Position numbers and translations under genes: made by a program. A DNA stretch of 64,000 nucleotides from a virus. This document shows positions 1 to 9,868 of the stretch, piece by piece (within the stretch, counting starts at the first letter, position 1; the number at the start of each line of letters is the position of its first letter). The notes under the pieces are model-generated. The model saw nothing but the letters and a program-made list of their open reading frames with translations. It had not been told where the DNA came from and searched no databases. The stretch is from positions 19,748-83,747 of the IMG/VR virus record IMGVR_UViG_3300030060_002972; one strand, given 5' to 3'.

Positions 1-710
1 TGGATAGACTGCTTTATAGTCTGAACATGGTTGTCTAACCATGGTTTCCAGTAATCGTACTTTTGTACCTCCCTACTCATCTTTTCAAATCTAGTATCAC
101 AAGATATAATTACATATTTATTTTCCATGCTACTACGTTTAGTATACATAAGTACACCATAAGGTATATTAAGTTTTAGCTTTTCTTTCCCGTAATACAT
201 CCAGAGTAGGATTTGTTTAAGGTGGTATGGATGATACCTGAACTCATTCCATTTCCATAACTCTGTAGATTTTAACTCCATAGGGATGTAGAAAGTTCTA
301 TCTCTGTACTCATACTCATGTACAAAATCCGTAGTTGCAGTACACACTACGTCTTCTTCTACTCTTATGTGTACAGGAAACTGGTTTTGTTCTATAGACT
401 CCACACCATGTAGTTTACTATTCATTCTAGCTAGAAATTTAGCTTGAGTTTCTTCATTAATAAAACCCATGTACATTCTCTTCTTTGCAAACAAATCATC
501 TATTGGAGCAGACTCTCTGTCAGAGAAGAAACCATAATAAGATTGTCTTATACATGTACCCAAAGAAGAACTTCTAACTGCTTTACTCTTACCTCTAGCT
601 TTCCATTCCTCAGTACGTGCAGACATGTAAGAGTTTATCTCATCTTCACAAGATTTTTCTAAACTCTCTAGAAAAAACTCTGGGTCATATATCAAATCTT
701 TTGCATTCAT
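1..710 (-). CDS. Cas4-like PD-(D/E)XK exonuclease, 3'-truncated by the window edge
   Basis: Not in the ORF track. Reads MNAKDLIYDPEFFLESL...SSSLGTCIRQSYY...ELKSTE; homolog of 43071-43895. Confidence 0.8.
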   Translation of the reverse strand, partial: MNAKDLIYDPEFFLESLEKSCEDEINSYMSARTEEWKARGKSKAVRSSSLGTCIRQSYYGFFSDRESAPIDDLFAKKRMYMGFINEETQAKFLARMNSKLHGVESIEQNQFPVHIRVEEDVVCTATTDFVHEYEYRDRTFYIPMELKSTELWKWNEFRYHPYHLKQILLWMYYGKEKLKLNIPYGVLMYTKRSSMENKYVIISCDTRFEKMSREVQKYDYWKPWLDNHVQTIKQSI

Positions 711-751
711 AATTCTATAGGCAGTTTAAGGTCTATGCCTAGGACACATGT

Positions 752-1051
752 TTATCCTTGTTCTTGTTCTTGTATTAAGATGTCATGTAGTTCCTCTGGA
801 ATCTCTTCTTTTGGAATAGTAAAAGTAACATCAGCAGGATTCTTAGACTGACTTTTTGATTTGTCTGTCCAGAAAGCTCTGACTTTTAGACCATGTCCTG
901 CTATATTTATTATAGCATTCATAGCCAGTTTACTTCCACTAGGTCTGTTCCATCCAACACCAAGGGTAACCCATTCTTGTTTGCCTTTGCTCTGTTGAGG
1001 AGCTGAGCTTTTGTTAAGACTAGGTCTTTTGTATTGTGCTTGATAAGCCAT
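752..1051 (-). CDS. Small replication-module protein, possibly ssDNA-binding
   Basis: AGGAGG RBS; lies between polymerase and exonuclease; acidic C-terminus; homolog of 43905-44177. Confidence 0.5.
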   Translation of the reverse strand: MAYQAQYKRPSLNKSSAPQQSKGKQEWVTLGVGWNRPSGSKLAMNAIINIAGHGLKVRAFWTDKSKSQSKNPADVTFTIPKEEIPEELHDILIQEQEQG

Positions 1052-1075
1052 GTGTATTACCTCCTTTATAGTTTT

Positions 1076-3250
1076 TTAATTCCAATTATTACCTGTGTTT
1101 TTAATATCTAATGGTAGGTCTAACTCAATACCATAGTTGTATACATCTGGTATTTGAGTATCTATTCTACCTATCAGCTCATGTACCTTTTCTAACTCTG
1201 GAGTATATACATCTATCTCCATAGCATCATGAAACTCTAACCATATTCTAGACATTAGCTTTTCTTGACGGAGCATGTTGAACATTTGGATAATCCTTAT
1301 CTTATTCAAGTCAGCACTGAATGATTGTATTGGAAAATTAACTATCTGTGTTGGATTCATCCTATCTCCGATTCTCCCATATGCACTATAAGTATAGCCT
1401 ATTTTTTCTGCTGATGTCAATAACTGTTTCTGGTAAGTACCTATACCTATCTTGTCCATAGCTGTAATATATTTCTTAACAGTACTCTTAGCTACTCTGC
1501 TAGTAAGACCTGCTTTGATTAGCTCGTTAGTAAGCCTGAACTCCGTAGCTCCATACACATATGCAAAGTTTAATATCTTTGCATTCTTCCTTGTTATGCC
1601 TGTCATTTCAGAAGTCAAAGTGTGCATATCACTGCCCTTGTTGTAAGCATCTATTAGATATTTACTCTTAGCTAGATAAGCTAAGCATCTTAGTTCTGAT
1701 TGACTGGCATCCACTGTGAGGAGTGTACCATCATCCTCAAAGGTAGAACGAAAGCATGGGCGAACACGAGGAGGTATGTTCTGCATGTTAGGTTTCGTAC
1801 TAGTCATTCTACCTGTTGTAGTAGATGCCAGTTGTAGATTACAATGTAACCTACCAGAAGGAGTTACTAGCTCTGGTATTTTTGTAGTGTATGTAGTATT
1901 TAATTTAGAATACTTCCTGTAGTCTAGTACTAACTTTGCTAATGGGTGATTAATACCTTTGAGTATAGTTTCTCCAGTGCCTTCTAGGTCAAACCCAAGA
2001 CCTTGAAATGTTTCTAGAACTTGAGCAGGGCTAGAAGGGTTGATGTCATACTCTCTGTTGATTTCTTTTATTATATTATCTAGTTGTTCTGTGTTTTCTT
2101 TTGTATAAGTTTTTAACATTTCTAAATCTACACCTATACCAGAGTTCATCATCACTGATACAGGTAGTATCATATTCATATCAATTAGTCTTGCATTTTG
2201 CATCATGTCCCAATGGTTAGCATAATCATCCTTAAACATATAGTACAACTGCACTCCTGCATAGGCATCACCTGCACAGTAGTCCCTTAGTTTCTGAGTT
2301 GATTTAGCAAAGTCTTCTATCTCTATTTCTTTTGCATAGTCTACAAGATGTAGGTAATTATGAGCAAAGAACTTAAGACCCCCTACGGGTAGGTGTGGGG
2401 CAAGTTGTCGCTTGAGTATCAGAGTGTCCATAAAGTTACACTTTAATTTATCCACACCCACCAGTCTTATTAATCTAATTACATCTACTACTATGTTGTG
2501 TCCTACAATAGTTAGCTCTGAGTCTTGTACTATTTCTCTAAGTTTTTTTCTAACATCCCAATCTATTTCAAGAGCAATGCAGGATTTGCTAGAACTAAAT
2601 CCAACTGTATGAGTTACCTGTGTTTCAATGTTCCATTCAAAGTCTAGACCTAACAAGCCTTCTTCCTTGCTTTCTTCCATGACTTGGTCAAGTGAGGTAG
2701 TTAAAGGAATAGAATGTAACTCTTGTCTTAGCTCTGCCCCTGTTCTACAAAAACTTTCTATAATAGTTCTATCTAATGCTTTTTGTTTTAGTTGCTCTGG
2801 ATGTATACTAGATTCATACTCTTGGTTTATCTCTTTACATACCATTCTAGCTACATCACCCATAGCAATAACTTTATCTGGTTTTGTTTCTTCTATATCC
2901 TCTTTAAGATAGGGAGAACACCACCTTGCCTCATGAGTTTTAACTTGATAATCTTTTGGATGACATCTAATACCACAGGTTATCCAGACTTCACAACCAC
3001 CTAGATATTCTTTCATGTACTTCTTAACTACACTACCTGTACTATCTCCCCCAATCATCTTCTTAACATCCTCTGCTTGAGATGGTGTACCTAATACAAT
3101 AAGTACCCTACCACGCTGTCCATCTTGCAGTTTCAATCTAGAAAGATTGGGGGACTGACAGTGTTCAAATAATCCACACCTAAGACAATTATCCTTTAGA
3201 TTCTGGCTCTTGTATTTCTTCTTTCTTTCTGTGTAAGTTCTCGTTAGCAT
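1076..3250 (-). CDS. polA: Family A DNA polymerase with N-terminal family-4 UDG-like domain and 3'-5' exonuclease
   Basis: Exo motifs DFE, GHNIVVD, YCAGD; polymerase motifs A (DASQSELR), B (KILNFAYVYG), C (FHDA). N-terminal CxxCx5C, RCHP, CSPYL..DIEETKPDKVIAMG resembles the UDG4 domain of SPO1-type polymerases. Confidence 0.93.
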   Translation of the reverse strand: MLTRTYTERKKKYKSQNLKDNCLRCGLFEHCQSPNLSRLKLQDGQRGRVLIVLGTPSQAEDVKKMIGGDSTGSVVKKYMKEYLGGCEVWITCGIRCHPKDYQVKTHEARWCSPYLKEDIEETKPDKVIAMGDVARMVCKEINQEYESSIHPEQLKQKALDRTIIESFCRTGAELRQELHSIPLTTSLDQVMEESKEEGLLGLDFEWNIETQVTHTVGFSSSKSCIALEIDWDVRKKLREIVQDSELTIVGHNIVVDVIRLIRLVGVDKLKCNFMDTLILKRQLAPHLPVGGLKFFAHNYLHLVDYAKEIEIEDFAKSTQKLRDYCAGDAYAGVQLYYMFKDDYANHWDMMQNARLIDMNMILPVSVMMNSGIGVDLEMLKTYTKENTEQLDNIIKEINREYDINPSSPAQVLETFQGLGFDLEGTGETILKGINHPLAKLVLDYRKYSKLNTTYTTKIPELVTPSGRLHCNLQLASTTTGRMTSTKPNMQNIPPRVRPCFRSTFEDDGTLLTVDASQSELRCLAYLAKSKYLIDAYNKGSDMHTLTSEMTGITRKNAKILNFAYVYGATEFRLTNELIKAGLTSRVAKSTVKKYITAMDKIGIGTYQKQLLTSAEKIGYTYSAYGRIGDRMNPTQIVNFPIQSFSADLNKIRIIQMFNMLRQEKLMSRIWLEFHDAMEIDVYTPELEKVHELIGRIDTQIPDVYNYGIELDLPLDIKNTGNNWN

Positions 3251-3467
3251 CTTTCTCCTCCAGCACTACTCTAAATAATTCATCTAAGTTTCTTTGTAGT
3301 ACCCTCTGTATAATTAAATAAGCAGACACAGAATAGCTATCTGTTGTATTTGGTTTATCTAATTCTAAGCCAGTTATTATTTCTTTAGCTACCTTCTCAA
3401 TATAAAATGTCATGATTTCTTTCTGGTCTTCCTCCTGTTCTATTGCTAAGTTTTTGTAGTATCCCAT
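3189..3467 (-). CDS. Hypothetical protein
   Basis: Operon position; IITGLELDK segment shared with 46193-46402. Confidence 0.7.
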   Translation of the reverse strand: MGYYKNLAIEQEEDQKEIMTFYIEKVAKEIITGLELDKPNTTDSYSVSAYLIIQRVLQRNLDELFRVVLEEKDANENLHRKKEEIQEPESKG

Positions 3468-4231
3468 TATAGTACCTCGTTGATTAAAGATTCCAAGTCA
3501 TCATCATCGTATTCATATGGTTTCAAGTCTGTGTATATTTCAACAACTCTGACTCCATATCCAGAGAGCTTGGTTGCTAGTAATTTAGATATTACTTTGG
3601 CATCAGGGTCAAAGTATAATACCCAAGTAGTTGCAAACTGTCTACTTAAGACAGAGAGTTTCATAAATAAATCCATCCTCATACTTGTTCCAAGTATAGC
3701 AATGCTAGGTAAACTGGTAGCTTGATATAGTTTCATAGCATCATATACTGATTCAACTAGAAAACAGTAATACTTTAATGGCTCGTGTGGTAAACACCTA
3801 GAATAACTAGGGTACACATCCTCACCACTAACTCTCTTAGGTAACAGTTTATATTTAGGTTTTCTATTTATGTATCTTATCTGTTGTCCAGATGGATTCC
3901 CATAAATATCATATGTGTCTACAAGCAGAGTGCCATTGTGATACTTACACTTAAAATCCTCTGCAATGTCTAGTCTAATATTTCTTTTCTCAAAGAAATC
4001 TTTGGCATCATCACCGTACATGTATGAGTAACTATCCAAATTTTTTTTAGCACGTCCTTTGTGTAACGCACTGTCCGTAACAGGTTTCTCATGTGCTAGG
4101 TCTATCATCCATTGTTCTAGTTTGCCAGACTTATGACAACCAAAGCAGTAGTATCCATTATCATATATAGCTAGAGATGGGTCTGTGTCCCCATGAAAAG
4201 GACACCTAGTCATAGCAACAACCTTACCCAT
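3467..4231 (-). CDS. DNA primase (CHC2 zinc finger plus TOPRIM)
   Basis: CPFH..PSL...YYCFGC zinc finger; VESVYDA and FDPD TOPRIM motifs. Confidence 0.9.
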   Translation of the reverse strand: MGKVVAMTRCPFHGDTDPSLAIYDNGYYCFGCHKSGKLEQWMIDLAHEKPVTDSALHKGRAKKNLDSYSYMYGDDAKDFFEKRNIRLDIAEDFKCKYHNGTLLVDTYDIYGNPSGQQIRYINRKPKYKLLPKRVSGEDVYPSYSRCLPHEPLKYYCFLVESVYDAMKLYQATSLPSIAILGTSMRMDLFMKLSVLSRQFATTWVLYFDPDAKVISKLLATKLSGYGVRVVEIYTDLKPYEYDDDDLESLINEVL

Positions 4232-4415
4232 TATCTTCCTCTACATACTCTGCATGTCCAAACATAGATTCATCTCTATGTTCTTCATCTGGAAATGGCT
4301 CATCTTTATCAAACTTAGACTCTGCCATTTGTTGTGCAGTTTCTCTGTTGTATCCTCTTTCCATGTATGCTTCTACTAGTGCCTCTAGTAAAGTATCATT
4401 ATTTATATTACTCAT
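4224..4415 (-). CDS. Small acidic hypothetical protein
   Basis: Likely start MSNINND after GAGGAG; N-terminus resembles MSNKQNEEWLE in unit B. Confidence 0.55.
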   Translation of the reverse strand: MSNINNDTLLEALVEAYMERGYNRETAQQMAESKFDKDEPFPDEEHRDESMFGHAEYVEEDNG

Positions 4416-4884
4416 TGTCCACTCCTCTATACCATCTTGGTTTTTTAGCAGGGTATTTCCAAGTGGCAAACTTTGCTTTCTCATGCATATAAAAGTTCCT
4501 GTATGCAATAACAGGATTGTCGTGCTTGTACTTCTCTGGCATTGCCTGTGCAAAAGGTGTCATACCTATGTCTTCAATAGGTGGATTAGGTAGTTTCTCA
4601 ACTACTTCCCATGATTTGTGATGACCTTTATCATATCTGTATATGTACTCATTGTCTAGAAACTTTGTAAGTTCTTTGAGCCACAACCAATTAGATAGTG
4701 ATTCACCTGCCCAGATGGTACATGGGTGTTTAGGATGTACTGGTAAGTAGGGGGTATCTACTTCGTTCTGATGTAGAACGGTACATAACATTTGTGCAGA
4801 CTCTAGTATCATCTTTATAACATGCTTATCACAATGATACATAGCTGCAATAGGTGCTTCTCTATGTAGTACAAAAATGTTCAT
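4408..4884 (-). CDS. Pyrimidine-dimer DNA glycosylase/endonuclease V-like family protein
   Basis: Signature MNIFVL...HCDKHVIKMILESAQML...HPCTIW...AYRNFY. Confidence 0.75.
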   Translation of the reverse strand: MNIFVLHREAPIAAMYHCDKHVIKMILESAQMLCTVLHQNEVDTPYLPVHPKHPCTIWAGESLSNWLWLKELTKFLDNEYIYRYDKGHHKSWEVVEKLPNPPIEDIGMTPFAQAMPEKYKHDNPVIAYRNFYMHEKAKFATWKYPAKKPRWYRGVDNE

Positions 4885-4973
4885 GACTTTCTCCCTAATG
4901 TTTTTTAACATTTTTTACAATGTTTGTAAAGTATTGTTGTACTGCTTTATGTGTTCCTACATCCCAACGACAT

Positions 4974-5459
4974 CTAGTCGTTGTTAGATGTATCCACATT
5001 CTTCTCCATATTTTTGGTAGATTTATCAACATCTTCTTCTCCTCCTTTGTGGTCAATAAAATATTTGAAGCCTGTTTCTGGGTGTACTGCTAAGTAACTC
5101 ACATTCATTTCTTTTTGTTTTTGTGTTCTACTTAGAGGCACATCCCAGTATAGAACAGTCTGACCTTTCTTGTTTGTTCTTTTGTAGTTCTTACACATAG
5201 TTTTTACATCAACCATTTCTATCTTACCATTTGGATACATAATAATCATATCAACAGGTCCGACAGGGGACATGTTCTTGAATATAGTACAACCTTTTTT
5301 CATAAGAAAAGTTGCAACCTCATACTCATGTATACTTCCAAGATTACTATGACTCTTGGTTTGTAGCTTGTCTGGTTTTAGATTCTCCTTAAACCTCTTT
5401 TGTTTATGGAGTGGTATTCTTCTTGAGCCTCTCATTAAACATTCTCCTTTGTTTCTCAA
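4974..5459 (-). CDS. PD-(D/E)XK endonuclease
   Basis: GSIHEYEVA...GPVDMI...MVDVKT catalytic pattern. Confidence 0.7.
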   Translation of the reverse strand: MRNKGECLMRGSRRIPLHKQKRFKENLKPDKLQTKSHSNLGSIHEYEVATFLMKKGCTIFKNMSPVGPVDMIIMYPNGKIEMVDVKTMCKNYKRTNKKGQTVLYWDVPLSRTQKQKEMNVSYLAVHPETGFKYFIDHKGGEEDVDKSTKNMEKNVDTSNND

Positions 5460-5700
5460 AGTAATTTTTTGTGCTTACCTTGTATTGTTCAAAGTCATAA
5501 GCGTGTTGTTTTACAACCACCTCTGCTTTTTGCATACAAGAACTTCTAAGTGCCTGTCCTGTTTCATCTAGTTTATCTGGAACTACATAGGTTATGTTGT
5601 TTTGCTTAACCTTCTTCCATTCCATACAAGACTGTGGTATGTCTACACTGCACACAAGTCCATCTTGTGAGTAGACAGAAAATTTGAATGTATCTTTCAT
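5404..5700 (-). CDS. Hypothetical protein
   Basis: ATGA overlap with the helicase stop; GAGGAG RBS. Confidence 0.6.
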   Translation of the reverse strand: MKDTFKFSVYSQDGLVCSVDIPQSCMEWKKVKQNNITYVVPDKLDETGQALRSSCMQKAEVVVKQHAYDFEQYKVSTKNYFEKQRRMFNERLKKNTTP

Positions 5701-6764
5701 TGATTCTCCTCATAATTTTCATAGTCAAATGTCAAACTATTGAAGTTGAAATTTATCAGAAACTCTGCAAGAGCAGGGTGTCTTCTAGCTTTAATAGTAG
5801 TAACATTTCTAAAGTCTGACTGGATATCTCCACCTACACCTAGCACTAGGTCAGCATGTGATATGATTCCAGCTTTTGCCTCAAGCAAGTCATCAGCTTT
5901 GGGAAACGCCTCATCCTTGTTAAGTTGGTGAGCTGTAACAATGATGATGTTCTTGTCTTGAGCTAATCGTTTCAACTCAGATGTAATATTTTCTAGGTCA
6001 TATCTTCTTTGGTCTGACCTCTTGTGTGAAGTCATGACACCAAGATAATCTAGGAATACTATGTCTGGTTTGATAGTATCAATCTCCAACTCTAGCTGTG
6101 TTGTACTAAAATCTGAGTAACAACAAGCATAGAAATCTGGGAAGTCATCTACGGAAGACAACCTCTTTCTCAGCATGGTTTCACTAAAGTCCTTGATAGA
6201 TATGTACAAGGTCTTTAGATTGTTGACACATGCATCTCTGATAAATGATAACATGATACTAGTCTTACCACGCCCAGTAAATGCACAGATAACAGCTAGT
6301 TCTTCCTTAGTCAGTCCATAGTGAAACAGATAGAACAAGTCTGTGGTTTCTGTTATCTCCATATCAGAAAACTTTTTAGATTTACTTGTCCCATATTTTA
6401 GATTGGTGGTGGAGTAATTAGCAATCTGTTCTAGTTTCTTATCTGGGTTGTCATCAGATTGAATGATTTGGTTTATCCTATGGATTCTGTTATTAGAATA
6501 CAGAGTATTGATTGCTCTATATCCAACAGTATTAGATACAGACTCATCCATATCTTTGAAGAAGATAAACTCATCACCACTGAGTGTGTCTTTTACAATA
6601 GACAGGAAGTCTGTCTTTGTAATATCTTCTGGCAACTTCTTGATTTCTTCCCACAGAACATCATACGGATACTCTAGATAGAACGAATCAAGTAGCTTAG
6701 TTAGCTGTTGTCTTCTACTAGCAGACAACAAGAATGTAAATACATTTAAGTAGATATTCTCCAC
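5697..6764 (-). CDS. DnaB-like replicative helicase
   Basis: Walker A AFTGRGKT, Walker B VFLDY, AHQLN, KAR arginine finger. Confidence 0.88.
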   Translation of the reverse strand: MENIYLNVFTFLLSASRRQQLTKLLDSFYLEYPYDVLWEEIKKLPEDITKTDFLSIVKDTLSGDEFIFFKDMDESVSNTVGYRAINTLYSNNRIHRINQIIQSDDNPDKKLEQIANYSTTNLKYGTSKSKKFSDMEITETTDLFYLFHYGLTKEELAVICAFTGRGKTSIMLSFIRDACVNNLKTLYISIKDFSETMLRKRLSSVDDFPDFYACCYSDFSTTQLELEIDTIKPDIVFLDYLGVMTSHKRSDQRRYDLENITSELKRLAQDKNIIIVTAHQLNKDEAFPKADDLLEAKAGIISHADLVLGVGGDIQSDFRNVTTIKARRHPALAEFLINFNFNSLTFDYENYEENQ

Positions 6765-6785
6765 AAGTATACTCCCTAGTCTAAA

Positions 6786-6828
6786 CTAGTATATAATAAT
6801 TGACTATATAAAGTCAATTATTTACTAG
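6786..6828 (-). promoter_or_regulatory. Sigma70-like promoter (TTGACT-N18-TATACT) inside a long inverted repeat upstream of the helicase
   Basis: Minus strand TTGACTttatatagtcaattattaTATACT; arms AATAATTGACT and AGTCAATTATT. Confidence 0.55.
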
Positions 6829-7956
6829 AATAACCTTTCCTAGTTTAGACAGTTCTCGTTTATACCAGTCATCTGTAAGAACAAAGTGGATAAGGTTGTG
6901 TTTAGATACATCCAACTTGAATGATGACAAGCCACCATCTGTAAAGACAATAAGACTATCATGTGGTGATACATAGTCAAGAACAGGTTTAAGATTAGTA
7001 CCACCCCAAAACTTTTTGATACTGCTTAGGATACCTGCTTTGTCCTTGAGTTTGTAAACATCAGTAATCTTGGTATCAAACAACAAGACTTCACTGTCTG
7101 GAACATGACATATAAGTTGTCCCAATGCTTTGTCCACAACTTCTCTGTCCATAGAGCCAGAACAATCTACTGCAAACAACAGCTTGGGTTTAGCAGGAGT
7201 ATTGCCATAACCTTTGGACAAGATAGTATCACACACTGGATTCCTATGTTCTCTCCTGTATGTCCTTTCTCGCTCTTGATTGTCAAAGTTACGCACAACT
7301 CGTAACAGCTCATCTAGCCACTCAGCCATCTTCTCTGGTTGTATAAGGAAATCATAGTCTATATCAATAGTACTATGTTGTGTCCCACCTGCACAGAAGG
7401 ATGAACTAGGCACTGCCCCAGCTTTCTTAGCTTCTTCTAGCCCTTGCTCAATATTGGCTTGAATAATCTGTGTTTCTATCTTAGGGGCTGAGTGTTGCCA
7501 TAGTTTCTCATTGTTGGGTAGAGTGTTACTGATGTACTGCTCAAGCTTGGATAACTCCTTGTTCAGCTTGTCGTACAGCAGCTCTGGTGGCAGCTGTGGT
7601 AGATTGGTATTCTCATAGGTCAAACCACCCAAGTACTTGCCATCTGCTAGATTGACATGGATACTGCAATCAGCAACAATATTGAATAGCTTTCTTTGTT
7701 GTTCACTCTTGCCTACATTGAAGGATAGATGTCCAAACATGCCATGCCCTAGCTCATGCTTGATAAGCTCTAGCTTGTACTTGTTATCCTTACACAAGAG
7801 GTCATCCGATATGTAGATACTGAATCTACCTTTATCACTCCAACAATATGCAGTGTCTTTCTCATCACCAGAGTAGAAGTTTATCTTGTCTACTTGGTAT
7901 ATCAACCATGGCTCATCATCAAATGATACATGGTCATGTATGTTGATAGTATTCAT
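6814..7956 (-). CDS. Metallopeptidase-like (HExxH) plus VWA domain protein (DUF2201-type architecture)
   Basis: HELGH; MIDAS DCSGS, GGT, FTDG. Confidence 0.85.
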   Translation of the reverse strand: MNTINIHDHVSFDDEPWLIYQVDKINFYSGDEKDTAYCWSDKGRFSIYISDDLLCKDNKYKLELIKHELGHGMFGHLSFNVGKSEQQRKLFNIVADCSIHVNLADGKYLGGLTYENTNLPQLPPELLYDKLNKELSKLEQYISNTLPNNEKLWQHSAPKIETQIIQANIEQGLEEAKKAGAVPSSSFCAGGTQHSTIDIDYDFLIQPEKMAEWLDELLRVVRNFDNQERERTYRREHRNPVCDTILSKGYGNTPAKPKLLFAVDCSGSMDREVVDKALGQLICHVPDSEVLLFDTKITDVYKLKDKAGILSSIKKFWGGTNLKPVLDYVSPHDSLIVFTDGGLSSFKLDVSKHNLIHFVLTDDWYKRELSKLGKVILVNN

Positions 7957-8816
7957 TTGGCTCTCCTCTCTCTACGGCTTCTGTATGTAGAGATTTGTTT
8001 TGGTTTCTTGTAACTAGATTTGTGTGGTCTGTTAAACACCTTCAAGTTACGGTGGTCGCCCCACTTGTCAAATGGTAGATACCATGAAAACTTCTTGGCA
8101 TTTCTACATCTGTCAAAGTCAGTGAAGTATGTGTTTCTAGTCTTGTCATTCTTAAGACTAGGTCGCATTGGTTTGTCAATGACACATATGTCATTCTCTA
8201 GAACAGTGTGCTTGAGTTGCTCTGGAAAGGGTAACTTGGTTTCAGCACACCAGTTGTAGTATGTATCATTACATAACCTACCATCCTTTCTTGATATGTA
8301 GATAACAGACATGACTTCCTTGGGTTTGAAGCTGTGGACAAAGTTGTTCCAAGCCCTCTCTGGTCTAGGATAGTCTGCATTGAATTGCCTTGAGCTTGTG
8401 AAATCCCGAGTGTTGATGATACGAATGCCTACAACACATTGGAAATCATCTGCATTTGGTAGCTTCTCTTGGAACTTACCAATACATTTGTATCCTTTCT
8501 CCCATTGATATTCATGCTCATCTGTTATCTCTGGATTGAACTTGTGAAACCATTTGTATTCTTTGGCGTTTTTACTTCTAGTAATCTTCTGAGGTTGCAT
8601 AACCTTCTGTCTATCTGCAATAGCCGTAGAATACTCTTGAGTAACAGGCATGAAATGGCTAGATAAATAGAATCGCCACATACAATCGTCAACATCTTGT
8701 TGTAGATGATACGAGTATGGTTTTCTAGTATCATAGGTTTTCTTTGGATACTGTGTTCGTTTGGTTGTATCTCTGTGATAGTTTAGACTGAGGTAGTTTG
8801 GATTTGCTTTTCTCAT
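7953..8816 (-). CDS. Hypothetical protein between the AAA and VWA genes
   Basis: ATGA overlaps on both sides if the start is MRKANP. Confidence 0.7.
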   Translation of the reverse strand: MRKANPNYLSLNYHRDTTKRTQYPKKTYDTRKPYSYHLQQDVDDCMWRFYLSSHFMPVTQEYSTAIADRQKVMQPQKITRSKNAKEYKWFHKFNPEITDEHEYQWEKGYKCIGKFQEKLPNADDFQCVVGIRIINTRDFTSSRQFNADYPRPERAWNNFVHSFKPKEVMSVIYISRKDGRLCNDTYYNWCAETKLPFPEQLKHTVLENDICVIDKPMRPSLKNDKTRNTYFTDFDRCRNAKKFSWYLPFDKWGDHRNLKVFNRPHKSSYKKPKQISTYRSRRERRAK

Positions 8817-9865
8817 CTGTCCACATCCCATGAGTAGTAGAGTGTATCTACCTCATTAGTAAACCCAGACAAGACACCTGCTAGACTTTTACCTAGCTGA
8901 CGGACAAACTCAGGACTGAACTCATGTCTGCTCAGGTTTGGATACTGGTCTATTAGGATGTCATGTGTGTTCTTGTACAGTGCAATAAGGTCATCTGCAT
9001 TGGTACTAGCAAACTTAGATAGCAGTGCAGTCAACCTCTGAGCATGTTTAGTACTCTTGCCTACCTTGATAAACTCTACGTAGTGTCTAGCAATCTGTTC
9101 TACTGACTGCTGAGTTGCCATGAAGTTGGTGAAGTAGTCTTCATTGTCAAGCACTTGTTGATAGTTAACTTCTTCTACACCGCATAACATGTCATAGATA
9201 CTAGGCACTTGTTTCTTGGGGAAGATACCCATAAGCAACTGTCTTAGTACCTCTGGTTGTTGAGTCAGTACTGGATTGATTTGTTGATACAATTCTAGAA
9301 AGTGTACACTCTCCATGTTCTGTATCTGGTCTGGCATTTCTGGATACAGTGTCCATGACTCTTGTAGATACTGAGCTACATTGTTAAGAGTAGTATCTCT
9401 TGGCTCATACTGGAATGGTAAGAACACAGACCTAGCCTTTAGTGGCTCTGATAGGTTGTCATCCTCATTCATAGCACAGATGATAACACTTCCAGTAGGC
9501 AACGACTCGCCTCTGACTGTGCCTTCTCTGAGCAATGTAAGGATACTTGCATGAAGGTCATCCCTTGCCTTGTCTATCTCATCAAAGAAGAAGATAGAAG
9601 GTTGGTCTGTCCACCATGCAGGTTTAAGATAGCTCAAGCCATCACCCTCTTTGTATCTAGGATAACCCATGACCTCATCTGGTTGCTCGTTCTGTAATAG
9701 AACTTTGACAACAGGTAATCGTAGAGCATTGGATAGCTCGTTCTGAATCCAGTAGGTTTTACCAGAACTGGTCTTACCTACAAGGACAGGAACTTTAGCA
9801 TTAACAAGCCCTACCTTTCTTTGTAGTTTGCAGATGTCCTCTGCTATTTGCTTTGAACTAAGCAT
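8813..9865 (-). CDS. MoxR-like AAA+ ATPase
   Basis: Walker A GKTSSGKT, Walker B FFFDEIDKA, sensor AMN, ARS finger. Confidence 0.85.
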   Translation of the reverse strand: MLSSKQIAEDICKLQRKVGLVNAKVPVLVGKTSSGKTYWIQNELSNALRLPVVKVLLQNEQPDEVMGYPRYKEGDGLSYLKPAWWTDQPSIFFFDEIDKARDDLHASILTLLREGTVRGESLPTGSVIICAMNEDDNLSEPLKARSVFLPFQYEPRDTTLNNVAQYLQESWTLYPEMPDQIQNMESVHFLELYQQINPVLTQQPEVLRQLLMGIFPKKQVPSIYDMLCGVEEVNYQQVLDNEDYFTNFMATQQSVEQIARHYVEFIKVGKSTKHAQRLTALLSKFASTNADDLIALYKNTHDILIDQYPNLSRHEFSPEFVRQLGKSLAGVLSGFTNEVDTLYYSWDVDR

Positions 9866-9868
9866 ATG

